A stretch of 64,000 bases of DNA from contig CAVQSP010000013.1 of the NCBI GenBank assembly GCA_963715985.1, forward strand, positions 512,001-576,000, written 5' to 3'. A program made the position numbers and the translations under genes. Shown here piece after piece: positions 48,182-57,830 of this stretch. The stretch comes from an uncultured Thermoleophilia bacterium (GTDB lineage Bacteria; Actinomycetota; Thermoleophilia; UBA2241). The notes beneath the pieces were generated by a model, which saw only the letters and a list, made by a program, of their open reading frames with translations, was not told the origin of the DNA and made no database searches. Each line of letters begins with the position of its first letter. The first letter of the stretch is position 1.

Positions 48182-49267
48182 TCACGTCCCCGCCCCGGGG
48201 AGCCGAACGCGGGCCAGGTAGTCCGTGAGGCCGCCCACGAGGGCTCGGGCCACCGCCTCGATGTGGGATGGGCGTCGCGCCAGGCGCTCCTCGTCGGGGT
48301 TGCTCAGGAAGAGCGGCTCGACAAGAACGGCGATGGCGCGCGTCTCGCGCAGCACGCCGTAGTTGCGCCCGAACTCGCCCAGGCTGCAGCCGCCCGTGGC
48401 CTCGAGCCGGGCGGCCAGATGCCCGGCCAGCAGGCGCCCGTGCTCGGAGAAGTAGTGGCCGCGCTGGAAGTAGTAGCAGGCGGCGCCACGAGCGGCCGTG
48501 GAGCGGTCCTGGTTGCCGTGCAGCGAGATGAAGCAGTCGGCGCCCGCCGCACCGGCGGCCTCGGCGCGTGCGTACAGCGGCAGCGTGTCGTCACGCTCGC
48601 GTGTGAGCCGCACGCGACAGCCCTCGGCGCGGAGCAGCTCGGCGAAGCGCAGCCCGAGCGCCAGCGAGAAGTCCTTCTCCGCGAGGCCTGACGGCGAGAC
48701 GTACCCGGTGTCGGTGCCGCCGTGCCCGGGGTCGATCACCACCACCTGCCCGGTGAGGCTGCGCGCCGGCACGTAGCCGCCGTCACGTTCGGGGATCTTC
48801 TTGCCCTCGCGCCCCGACTCCGCCTTGCGCAGCGCCTCGAGCTTGCGGATCGTGCTCTCGCCGACGATGCCGTCGGGGATGAGCCCGGCGTTGCGCTGGA
48901 AGTCGAGCACGCCGCGCTCCACGTGGTCGTCGTGCACGCCGCGTTCGGCGCCGGCGTTGAAGCCCAGCAGGTTGAGCTTGACCTGCAGGGTGAGCACGTC
49001 GTCGCCGCGAAACGGCGGCTCCTTGAGGTAGAGCAGCCGGTCGCCGAGCGCGTAGCCCGCCTCCACGAGCTCCCGCCACGTGTTGGCGCCCACCACCCCG
49101 TCGGCCAGCATGTCGCGCTCCTGCTGGAAGGTGCGAACAGCCGCCTCGGTGCTGGGTCCGAAGAACCCGTCCGCGCCCTCGCGGCCGGGCTCGTGTCCCT
49201 GCCCGCGCAGGCGGGTCTGTACGTCGAGGACTTCTTTGCCGCGGTCGCCGCGGGAGAGGTTACGCAC
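48182..49267 (-). CDS. N-acetylmuramoyl-L-alanine amidase with two peptidoglycan-binding domains (CwlM-like)
   Basis: DGFFGPSTEAAVRTFQ, DGIVG, VVIDPGHGG, ISLHGN, VLVEPLFLSN. Confidence 0.88.
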   Translation of the reverse strand: MRNLSRGDRGKEVLDVQTRLRGQGHEPGREGADGFFGPSTEAAVRTFQQERDMLADGVVGANTWRELVEAGYALGDRLLYLKEPPFRGDDVLTLQVKLNLLGFNAGAERGVHDDHVERGVLDFQRNAGLIPDGIVGESTIRKLEALRKAESGREGKKIPERDGGYVPARSLTGQVVVIDPGHGGTDTGYVSPSGLAEKDFSLALGLRFAELLRAEGCRVRLTRERDDTLPLYARAEAAGAAGADCFISLHGNQDRSTAARGAACYYFQRGHYFSEHGRLLAGHLAARLEATGGCSLGEFGRNYGVLRETRAIAVLVEPLFLSNPDEERLARRPSHIEAVARALVGGLTDYLARVRLPGAGT

Positions 49268-49279
49268 GCCGGATCCCCG

Positions 49280-50129
49280 TCAGATGCCCATGCCCGAGCG
49301 CACGCCGGTCACGATGAGGATGAGGATGGCGACGCCCACGACGATGCGGTAGACGACGAAGATACTGAAGGTGTGCCGCTTGAGGTAGGCGAGCGTGAAC
49401 CAGATCGCGGCGAACCCGCTCACGGCCGCCGAGAGGATGCCGACCGCAAAGGGGGTGGCGGTACCGGCCGGCAGGCCGTCCTTGGCCACCTCGAGCGCCT
49501 TGTACGCGGCCGCCCCGCCGATCACGGGGATGCTCATGAGGAAGGAGTACTGCGCCGCCGACTCGCGGTCGAGGCGCATCAGGAGGCCGGTCATCATGGT
49601 GATGCCGGAGCGCGACACACCGGGGCACAGGGCGAACGCCTGGGCGATGCCGATGAGGACGGCGTCGAGCCAGCTGAGGCTCTCCAGGTCGCGGTCCAGC
49701 CTGGCGATGTGGTCGATGAGGTACATGACGCCGGCGAACACGATCATCATGACGGCGATGATCCAGGGTCTTGCCGAGGCGGTCCTCGATGAAGCTCTCC
49801 AGAGCGACTCCGATGATCGCCGCGGGGATGGTGCTGACGATCAGCAGCCAGGCGAGCTTGGCCTCGGGGTCGGCGAGACTCCGCCTGGACATGCTGCGGG
49901 CCCACGCCGCAAGCAGGCGCCCGATCTCGCGCCAGAAGTACACCACCACGGCCACGAACGTGCCCAGGTGCAGGGCCACGTCGAACGTCTTGTTGAGGCC
50001 GGGGTTCTCGAGGAGGAAGTGCCAGTTGAAGAGCCACGGGACGATGATCAGGTGACCGGAGCTGGAGATGGGCAGGAACTCGGTCAGACCCTGGACGATG
50101 CCGAGGATGAGGGCCTGCAGGATGGTCAC
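49280..50129 (-). CDS. uppP: Undecaprenyl-diphosphate phosphatase, frameshifted near 49770
   Basis: GIVQGLTEFLPISSSGHL, FDVALHLGT; then AQAFALCPGVSRSG, YSFLMSIP. Confidence 0.9.
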
Positions 50130-50260
50130 GGATGATCCTCGCTTTGGTGGGCGGTGACGGGCGGGCGCGCGCCGCCCCCCGAGCCTGAGTTTAGCCCACG
50201 GTATACCTGTGGAGGCATCGGCGTCGACCGCGGGCGCGCCCGCGAAGGGAGAGAAGGGAA

Positions 50261-50677
50261 ATGGCGGCAAGCGACCCGGTCGTGGTGAGCTGGAAGCAGA
50301 AAGGCCTGCTGTTCGGGGGGGTCACCTCGCACGGGCGTGTCGACCTGGCTTCGTCCCTCGACGGGCCCGGGCAAGGAGCCACCCCGATGGAGTTGCTCGC
50401 GGTCTCCCTGGCCGGCTGCACCGCGATGGACGTGGTCTCGATCCTGCAGAAGATGAGGCAACCGCTGGAGGAGATCCGCGTCGAGGTGCGTGGCGAGATG
50501 GCTGAGGAGCACCCCAGGCGCTTCATCTCGCTGGAGGTCGTGTACTACCTCAAGGGCGCCCTCGACGAACGCAAGGTCCGGCGCGCCGTCGAGCTCTCGG
50601 AGACGCGCTACTGCTCGGTGGAGGCCACACTGCTGCCGACGGTCGCCATCACGTCGCGCGTCGTCATCGAGAGCTGA
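50261..50677 (+). CDS. OsmC/YhfA family protein
   Basis: TPMELLAVSLAGCTAMDV, LSETRYCSV. Confidence 0.88.
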   Translation: MAASDPVVVSWKQKGLLFGGVTSHGRVDLASSLDGPGQGATPMELLAVSLAGCTAMDVVSILQKMRQPLEEIRVEVRGEMAEEHPRRFISLEVVYYLKGALDERKVRRAVELSETRYCSVEATLLPTVAITSRVVIES

Positions 50678-50769
50678 CGCATCAGACCGTTCGCACTACG
50701 AGCACCGTGTTTACAGGGAATGGCCGTGCTTGTACTATCGCGCAGATACCGACTCTTGAAGGGAGGTGC

Positions 50770-51498
50770 ATGGACCGCGACCACGAGCTTTCGGCGGTAC
50801 TTGCCGACGACACCCGCTACGGCATCTACCGCGCCATCGCCGAGCGTCCCGGCGAGGACGTCACCGTCGCCGACATCGCGGAGCGATTCGGGCTCCATCC
50901 CAACGTCGCGCGCATGCACCTCGCCAAGCTCGAACAGGCCGGATTCCTCTCCACCGGCTTTCGCCGCAGCAGCGGAGGCGGCCGGCCGGCCAAACTGTAC
51001 CGGCTGAGCGACATGGTGGTGACCTTCGGGTTCCCGCCGCGGCGCTACGAGCTTCTCTCCCGCCTTGCGCTCGACGCGCTGGCCGCGGGAGGGTCTCGCG
51101 ATGACGCCCTTCGCGTGTGCCTGGAGGCCGGCGCCGCAGAGGGCCGCCGCGTGCTGTCGCACGAGACGCGGCCCCCGACCGACCCGGCCGTGGCCGCCGA
51201 GCTCGTGAGCCAGGTCGCCGAGGAACAGGGCCTGCTGCCTCTCGTCGGCTGGAAGGGCGACGTGCTCGAGGTGATCGTCAACAACTGCACCTTCCGCGAG
51301 CTCTCCGGCGGCGATCCCGACCTGGTCTGCGCCATGCACCGCGCCTTCCTCGAAGGCGTGATCGAGGTGGTCACGTCCGGGCTCGGACGCCTGCGCATCG
51401 AGGCCGGCGACTGCCGCATCAGCTGCGGCGACGCACGCTGCGAGCTGCTCTGCACATTCTCCGAGAACGGCGAGGGCGGCCCCGGCTCAGCGCGGTGA
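50770..51498 (+). CDS. ArsR-like HTH transcriptional regulator with Cys-containing C-terminus
   Basis: VADIAERFGLHPNVARMHLAKL, GGRPAKLY, NNCTF, LVCAMH. Confidence 0.8.
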   Translation: MDRDHELSAVLADDTRYGIYRAIAERPGEDVTVADIAERFGLHPNVARMHLAKLEQAGFLSTGFRRSSGGGRPAKLYRLSDMVVTFGFPPRRYELLSRLALDALAAGGSRDDALRVCLEAGAAEGRRVLSHETRPPTDPAVAAELVSQVAEEQGLLPLVGWKGDVLEVIVNNCTFRELSGGDPDLVCAMHRAFLEGVIEVVTSGLGRLRIEAGDCRISCGDARCELLCTFSENGEGGPGSAR

Positions 51499-51535
51499 TA
51501 GAGTTGCGGGCGCACCGCACCGAGAGGAGGGGCCG

Positions 51536-51889
51536 ATGAGTGCAGAAGAGGCCGTCCACGATCTCTTGAGCTTCTCCACCGACACCCGCAGCGTGGCCGT
51601 TCTGGACGCTGCCGGTGAGGTGGTCGCGGCAGCCCCGGCGGCGGCTTCCGCTGCGCTCGCCGCCGCCGCCACAGGTCTCTGGGGCGCCGCGGAGGCGTGC
51701 GCCTCCGGGTCGAGCCAGTCGGCCCTGGACTACGTGGTGGTCCAGGACCCGGAGTACGGCGTGGCCATGCTGAGGGAGGGTGAGCGTTGCATCGTGGCGC
51801 TCACAGGGCCCAAGCCCGCCGTCGGGTTGTTGCTGTTCGACCTGCGCACCTGCCTGAGCGACGCCTATCCCCAGGAGGACGCCCGATGA
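51536..51889 (+). CDS. Hypothetical protein (roadblock/LC7-like)
   Basis: AGGAGG RBS; VAVLDAAGEVV...VGLLLFDLR pattern. Confidence 0.5.
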   Translation: MSAEEAVHDLLSFSTDTRSVAVLDAAGEVVAAAPAAASAALAAAATGLWGAAEACASGSSQSALDYVVVQDPEYGVAMLREGERCIVALTGPKPAVGLLLFDLRTCLSDAYPQEDAR

Positions 51890-52101
51890 AGTTCCGCGTC
51901 CTCCTCATCGTCTTCGCGGTGCTCGCCCTGGCCGGCGCCGCAGTCTACGTGCAGCGCAAGCGCGCGGCCGACGCTCTCGCGCCTGTGCAGCTGGGCACTC
52001 AGGACGGCAGCTCCTTCGATCTGGCCGCCAAGGATCCGGGCGTGTCCGGCTTGCTGGCCGCGGCTGCCGACGTACGCCGCGCCTTCGAGGCGGGCGCTTG
52101 A
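51886..52101 (+). CDS. Small membrane-anchored hypothetical protein
   Basis: ATGA overlap with the previous gene; MKFRVLLIVFAVLALAGAAVY. Confidence 0.55.
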   Translation: MKFRVLLIVFAVLALAGAAVYVQRKRAADALAPVQLGTQDGSSFDLAAKDPGVSGLLAAAADVRRAFEAGA

Positions 52102-53501
52102 TGGACATCGCCGCCTTCGACACCGGCCTGCTGCAGGACACCCTCGCGCGCGCTCTTCACCGCGGCGGCGACTTCGCCGAGGTGTATGTGGAGGACCGCG
52201 ACACCCTCGGTCTGCGCCTCGAGGACGGCCGCATCGAGCAGACCAGCGGTGGCCGGGAGACCGGCGCCGCCGTGCGCCTGCTGGCCGGCGAGCGTACGTA
52301 CTACGCCTACAGCGACGCCCTGGACGAGGCCGGCCTTGCGGCCGCCGCCGATGCCGTTGCGGCCGCCGTGCGCGCCGGCGACGGCGGGGCCGACGTGGTG
52401 CACCTGGGCGCCGTGCGCAGCGCGCCCGGCGAGCACCCGGTGGTCATCCCACCGGACGGTGTGGCCATCGCGTGGAAGGCGGCCCTGGTGCGCGCCGGCG
52501 ACGAGGCCGCGCGCGAAGCCGGGGCGGAGATCGCCCAGGTCATCGTGGGCTACGGCGACACGCGCCAGAAGGTCCTCATCGCCAACTCGCTCGGCGAGCT
52601 CGTGTTCGACGACCGCACGCGTACACGGTACTCGGCCCAGGTCGTGGCCCGTCGCGGCGACGTCATCCAGACGGGCCACGAGACCGTGGGCGGCAGCGCC
52701 GGCTTCGAGCTCCTCGACGAGGCCGTCGCCGCGGCCACGGCCGCCGAGGCGGCCGCCAAGGCCATCACCATGCTCGACTCCCGGCCCGCCCCTGTGGGGG
52801 CCATGCCGGTGGTGCTCGGCAACGGGTTCGGCGGCACCCTCTTCCACGAGGCGTGCGGGCACGGGCTCGAGGCCGACGCCATCGCCAAGGGCGCCAGCAT
52901 CTACGCGGGCAAGCTCGGCGAGGTCGTGGCGGCGCCGCAGGTCAGCGCGTACGACGACGGGTCGCTGCGCAACGGCTGGGGCTCGCAGGCCTTCGACGAC
53001 GAGGGCGTGCCGACGCAGAAGACGCTGGTCATCGAGGACGGGCGTCTCACGGGCTACCTGTACGACCGTCTGCGTGCCCGTGAGGCGGGCGCGGCGCCCA
53101 CGGGCAACGGGCGCCGCCAGTCGTTCCGCCACGTGCCCATCCCGCGCATGACCACCACGTACATCGCGCCGGGCGACGCCACGGCCGAGGAGATCATCGC
53201 CGCGACGCCGCGCGGCTTCTACGCCAAGAGCCTCGCCGGAGGCCAGGTGGAGCCGGCGAGCGGCGCCTTCGTGTTCGGCGTCGCCGAGGGCTACCTCATC
53301 GAGGACGGCCGGCTCACCACGCCGCTGCGCGGCGCCACCCTGGTGGGCAACGGCATCGACATCCTCATGAAGATCGACATGATCGCCGGCGACTTCGAGG
53401 TGAAGACCGGCATCTGCGGCAAGGACGGCCAGGGTGTGCCAGTGGGCACGGGCCAGTCCACGCTGCGCATCGCCGAGATGACGGTGGGGGGGACGGGCTG
53501 A
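52101..53501 (+). CDS. tldD: TldD metalloprotease subunit
   Basis: GDFAEVYVE, FHEACGHGLE (HExxxH), FDDEG, TGNGRRQS, PRMT, CGKDGQ. Confidence 0.92.
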   Translation: MDIAAFDTGLLQDTLARALHRGGDFAEVYVEDRDTLGLRLEDGRIEQTSGGRETGAAVRLLAGERTYYAYSDALDEAGLAAAADAVAAAVRAGDGGADVVHLGAVRSAPGEHPVVIPPDGVAIAWKAALVRAGDEAAREAGAEIAQVIVGYGDTRQKVLIANSLGELVFDDRTRTRYSAQVVARRGDVIQTGHETVGGSAGFELLDEAVAAATAAEAAAKAITMLDSRPAPVGAMPVVLGNGFGGTLFHEACGHGLEADAIAKGASIYAGKLGEVVAAPQVSAYDDGSLRNGWGSQAFDDEGVPTQKTLVIEDGRLTGYLYDRLRAREAGAAPTGNGRRQSFRHVPIPRMTTTYIAPGDATAEEIIAATPRGFYAKSLAGGQVEPASGAFVFGVAEGYLIEDGRLTTPLRGATLVGNGIDILMKIDMIAGDFEVKTGICGKDGQGVPVGTGQSTLRIAEMTVGGTG

Positions 53502-54845
53502 TGTTCGACGTGCTCGACAGTGTGCTGGAGCGTGCCCGCGCGCAGGGCGTGAGCGACGTCGAGGTCTTCGCCGAGCGCTCCACGTCGCGCCGCATCAAGG
53601 TGTACAAGCAGGAGGTCGAACAGCTCACCGCGGCGCAGCGGCGCGGGGTGGGCGTGCGTGTGTTCGCGAGCGGAGCCGTCGGGCACGCCTACACCTCGGA
53701 TCTCAGCGCCGACGCGCTGGACGAGGTCGTGCGGCGTGCCGCCGCCAACGCGGCCGTCAGCGACCCGGACGAGTTCGCCGCCCTGCCGCAGCCCGGCGGC
53801 GAGCCTGCCGACGTCACGCCGTACGACGAGCGCCTGGCCGCGGCCACCGACGAGCAGCGCATCGAGCTCGCCCTCGCCGTGGAGGCGGCGGCCCTCGACG
53901 CCGACCCGCGCATCAAGACCGTGGAAGACACCATGTACGCCGACGGCGAGGGCGAGGTCTTCATCGCCAGCAGCGCCGGGGTGCGCGGCACGTACCGCGC
54001 CGACCAGTGCTACATCTTCGCCTACGCGCTCGCCGAGCAGGACGGCCAGGTGGAGACGGGCTACTCGTACTCCGTCGGGCGCGCCTTGGAGGACCTCGAC
54101 GCCGGCGCCTGCGGTCGCGAGGCCGCCGAGCGCGCCGTGCAGCTGCTCGGCGCCCGTACCTGCCCGTCCATGAAGGCGCCGGTGCTCCTGGACCCGTTCG
54201 TGGCGGCGGCGTTCTTCGGCGTGCTCAGCTCGGCGCTCACCGCCGACGCCGTGCAGAAGGGCCGCTCCCTGTTCGCCGGGCGCGAAGGCCAGAACGGTCG
54301 CCGGCGAGCTCCTCAGTCTGGTCGACGACGGCACGCTGGCCGACGGTCTGGACAGCGCTCCCTTCGACGGGGAGGGCACGCCCACGCGGCGCACGCCGCT
54401 CATCGGCGACGGCGGCGTGCTGCAGGGCTTCCTGTACGACACGTATACGGCGCGCAAGGCCGGCCGCGAGTCCACCGGCAACGGTGGTCGCGGCTCGTAC
54501 TCGAGCCTGCCCGGCGTCCACCCCACCAACCTCGTGGTCGGCGGGCCGGCCACGCCCGTGGCGGACATCCTCGCCGGCATCGAGCATGGCGTGCTGGTCA
54601 CCGATGCCGTGGGCGTGCACTCGGGCGCCAACCCCATCTCCGGCGAGTTCTCCGTGGGTATCGCCGGCGTGCTCATCGAGGGCGGCAAGCTCACGACGCC
54701 GGTGCACGAGGTCACGCTGGCCGGCGACATCATCGGCATGCTCACCAACATCAGGGCGCTCGGCGACGACGCGCGCTGGGTGCCCGGCGGCAGCATCCTC
54801 ACACCGTCGGTGCTCATGGACGGCATGGCCGTCAGCGGCACCTGA
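53501..54845 (+). CDS. pmbA: TldE/PmbA subunit, frameshifted near 54290
   Basis: KGRSLF, PFDGEG, STGNG, NPISGEFS; follows tldD. Confidence 0.85.
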
Positions 54846-54905
54846 TACAGTCTCCCTGCGGGGCGCCGCGGTGCCCTGCTTCGGCACGACGGTGAAGGGA
54901 GCCGG

Positions 54906-55484
54906 GTGAGTAGCCACCATGGTCAAGCTGGCGAGCGGGGCGACGAAGACGCACCGCTCCGCGATCTCGGCGAGCGGCTGCTCGCGGCCAGCTACCTGGA
55001 GGGCGATTTCGTCCTCCGTTCAGGGCGCCGCAGCACGTTCTATCTGGACAAGTACCTCTTCTCCACGCAGCCGGACCTGCTGCGCGACATCGCCGCGGGG
55101 CTTGCGGCCAAGCTGCCGGCGCACGGGGAGTCCGACCTGCTCGCCGGCCCCGAGCTGGGTGCCGTGGCCATCGTCGCCGCGGTCTCGCTCGCCAGCGGCA
55201 AGCCGTTCGTCATCGTGCGCAAGGGCGCCAAGGGCTACGGCACCGACAAGGCCATGGAGGGCAGGGCCGAGCCCGGACAGCGTGTCATCATGATCGAGGA
55301 CGTGGTCACGTCGGGCGGCGCCGCTCTCATGGCCGTCGACAAGCTGCGCGAGGCCGGGCTCAGCATCGACACGCTGCTCTGCGTGGTGGATCGCGAAGAG
55401 GGCGGCCGCGAGCAGATCGAGGCCAAGGGGCTCACGTTCGACCCCCTGTTCACGGCCACCTCGCTGGGCATCAAGAAGCCCTGA
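54906..55484 (+). CDS. pyrE: Orotate phosphoribosyltransferase
   Basis: GDFVLRSGRRSTFYLD, VRKGAKGYG, IEDVVTSGG, VVDREEG. Confidence 0.9.
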   Translation: MSSHHGQAGERGDEDAPLRDLGERLLAASYLEGDFVLRSGRRSTFYLDKYLFSTQPDLLRDIAAGLAAKLPAHGESDLLAGPELGAVAIVAAVSLASGKPFVIVRKGAKGYGTDKAMEGRAEPGQRVIMIEDVVTSGGAALMAVDKLREAGLSIDTLLCVVDREEGGREQIEAKGLTFDPLFTATSLGIKKP

Positions 55485-55492
55485 GGTCTCAC

Positions 55493-55537
55493 GAGACGGG
55501 GCGGGGGCGGCGCGCAGCGCCGCCCCCGCCCCGTCTC
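55493..55537. terminator. Bidirectional hairpin between convergent genes
   Basis: gagacggggcgggggcggcgc-gca-gcgccgcccccgccccgtctc perfect inverted repeat. Confidence 0.65.
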
Positions 55538-56147
55538 ACTTCACCGTGAACGACTGGATCGCCGCGTCCAGCGCCGGGCTCAGCTCGTTCCACTTCTGTG
55601 TCCCCGCCTGACCGGTGAGCTCGTACTCGTCCTTGCCCGAGAACAGGAAGTACGTGGTGGCGGTGACCTCCGTGCCCTCCTGCGCGAACGTGTAGGAGAG
55701 CTTGAAGCCGGGGACCCCGTTCACCGTCGTGTCCGCCAGAGGGACGGTGACCGTGGCCGAATCCAGGCTGTCCATCATCTGCGTCACGACGCCGTCAACC
55801 TCCTCCCTCAAGCCCGGCACCTCGGACGCCTTCAGCTCTCTGGAGAGCTCGTAGACCGACACCAGGATGCCGTCCACGTACTTGCCGCCGATCTTGGTGC
55901 CGTTCGTGTCGACGAAGGCGATGTCGAAGACCGAACCGGCGCCGGTCTGGCTGCCTCCGCTCTGCGTGCCCTGGGTGAACATCGTGTCGTAGGTCAGGCT
56001 GAACCCGTAGTCGTCGTTGGTGTAGGTCTCGGTGCCCCCGCCCGGCGACGACCCGCCGGACGAGCCTCCGCTGCCGCTGCAGGCGGTGGCCGTCAGGGCG
56101 AGCGCCGCGAGCGCCAGGGCGACGGCCAGAGTCTTACGGATACTCAC
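55536..56147 (-). CDS. Lipoprotein, PsbP/DcrB-like fold
   Basis: LTATAC lipobox, G/S linker, YTNDDYGFSLTY, TTVNGVPG, AIQSFTVK. Confidence 0.7.
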   Translation of the reverse strand: MSIRKTLAVALALAALALTATACSGSGGSSGGSSPGGGTETYTNDDYGFSLTYDTMFTQGTQSGGSQTGAGSVFDIAFVDTNGTKIGGKYVDGILVSVYELSRELKASEVPGLREEVDGVVTQMMDSLDSATVTVPLADTTVNGVPGFKLSYTFAQEGTEVTATTYFLFSGKDEYELTGQAGTQKWNELSPALDAAIQSFTVK

Positions 56148-56175
56148 CGTGCCTCCTTGTCGGTTGCTTCCGGGG

Positions 56176-57648
56176 TCAGACGACCACGCGCAGGGAGCGC
56201 AGCGAGCGGTCTTCGGGGCCGTGGACTTTGAGGCTCGTCGCCGATCCCTCCTGCAGGTAGGCGACGATCTCCGCGGAGATCTCCTCGCCGGGACCCAGCA
56301 CGGGGATACCCGGCGGGTACGGGGTCACCATCTCGGCGCTCACGTGGCCGGTGCACTCGGCCAGGGGCAGGGCCCGCGACGGCGCGAAGAAGGCGTCGCG
56401 AGGCGACAGCACCTGGCGGGTGAAGGCCGGCGTGTGGGCGAGGAGGCCGGCGCAGGCGGCGCCGTCGCCGCCGGCCCCACCGGCGTAACGGGCCGCGTAG
56501 TCGCGCAGGGCGGCCACGAGGCGCTCGAGGTCGGCGTGCGAATCACCGTAGGTCACGTTGAGCACCACGTTCAGGGCGTCGGCGGCCTCCACGGCGATCC
56601 TGTAGTCGTCCCGCAGGATGGTCTCGAGCTCGTAGCCGCTGTGCCCGAGCTCGCAGGCGGAGATCGTCAGGCGCGTGGGGTCGAAGGAGGCCACCTGCCA
56701 GCGCTCCACGAAGTCCCGGCCCAGGCAACGCACGCCGGGCAGGGCGTCGATCCGGGCGCGGGCCCACTCTGCGAGCTCCACCGCGCCCCGCCACAGCTCC
56801 TCGCCACGCGTGGCCATCTGCTGGCGCGCCGCGTCGATGCTGGCGTACATCAGCACCTGCGGGCTGGTGCTCTGCGTCATGTGGACCATGCCGTCCAGGC
56901 GCGCCAGGTTGACACGCGCGGCGCGCGCCATGAGTACCGAGGACTGGGTGATGCCGCTGATGAGCTTGTGCGTGCTCACCACGGCGGCGTCCGCTCCGGC
57001 GGTCATGGCGTCCACCGGCAGCTCGCCGCAGAAGCGCAGATGCGGCCCCCAGGCCTGGTCCGTGACGAACGGGATGCCGGCCGCGTGCGCGGCCGCCGCG
57101 ACCGCGGCGAGGTCCGTGCCCAGCCCGTTGTACGTAGGCGATGTGACGAAGACGGCCTTGGCCTGCGGATGCGCGGCCAGGACCCGCTGCGCGTGGCCGG
57201 AGTCGACGCTCAGCGGGATGCCCCACCGGGGGTCCACCGCCGGCTCCACGTACACCGGCGTGGCGCCGGAGAAGATCAGCCCAGCGAGCATCGACTTGTG
57301 CGCGTTGCGCGGGATGACCACCGTGTCGCCCGGCCCGCAGAGCGTGAGGACCAGGGCGTGGATACCGCTCGTGGAGCCGTTGACGAGGAACCAGCAGCGG
57401 TCGGCGCCCCACGCCTCGGCCGCGTACTCCTCGGCGAGGCGGATGAGGTGCGTGGACTCCCGCGTGTCCTCCACGCCGCCCGCCATGGCGGTGTCCACGC
57501 GCAGGCAGGTGTCGCCGAGGAGTTCCCGCAGGCCGGCCGGCGCGCCTTTGCCGTCCTTGTGGCCGGGGGTATGGAACGACGTGGACGCGGTGTCGCGGTA
57601 GCGCAGCACCGCGTCCACGTACGGCGTGTCGCGCTGGTCGCGCTTCAT
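56176..57648 (-). CDS. Orn/Lys/Arg decarboxylase (fold-type I PLP)
   Basis: FHTPGHK, FLVNGST, RNAHKS, TSPTYNG, STHK (PLP lysine), STSP, PYPPGIP. Confidence 0.9.
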   Translation of the reverse strand: MKRDQRDTPYVDAVLRYRDTASTSFHTPGHKDGKGAPAGLRELLGDTCLRVDTAMAGGVEDTRESTHLIRLAEEYAAEAWGADRCWFLVNGSTSGIHALVLTLCGPGDTVVIPRNAHKSMLAGLIFSGATPVYVEPAVDPRWGIPLSVDSGHAQRVLAAHPQAKAVFVTSPTYNGLGTDLAAVAAAAHAAGIPFVTDQAWGPHLRFCGELPVDAMTAGADAAVVSTHKLISGITQSSVLMARAARVNLARLDGMVHMTQSTSPQVLMYASIDAARQQMATRGEELWRGAVELAEWARARIDALPGVRCLGRDFVERWQVASFDPTRLTISACELGHSGYELETILRDDYRIAVEAADALNVVLNVTYGDSHADLERLVAALRDYAARYAGGAGGDGAACAGLLAHTPAFTRQVLSPRDAFFAPSRALPLAECTGHVSAEMVTPYPPGIPVLGPGEEISAEIVAYLQEGSATSLKVHGPEDRSLRSLRVVV

Positions 57649-57830
57649 GCGCGTCCGCGTGCGCGCGCGCACGCGAGCGGCGGAAGGAGCGACGGGTCGG
57701 CGGGGCGCGGCGACATCGCCGCGACTCTACCGGACGGCCCGGAGAGGGACAAGCATGCTGATGATAGACTGAACCCGTTTTGCAGGGGATTCGAGGCCTT
57801 CGAGGAGCAAACATCAACCTTGACTTGACA

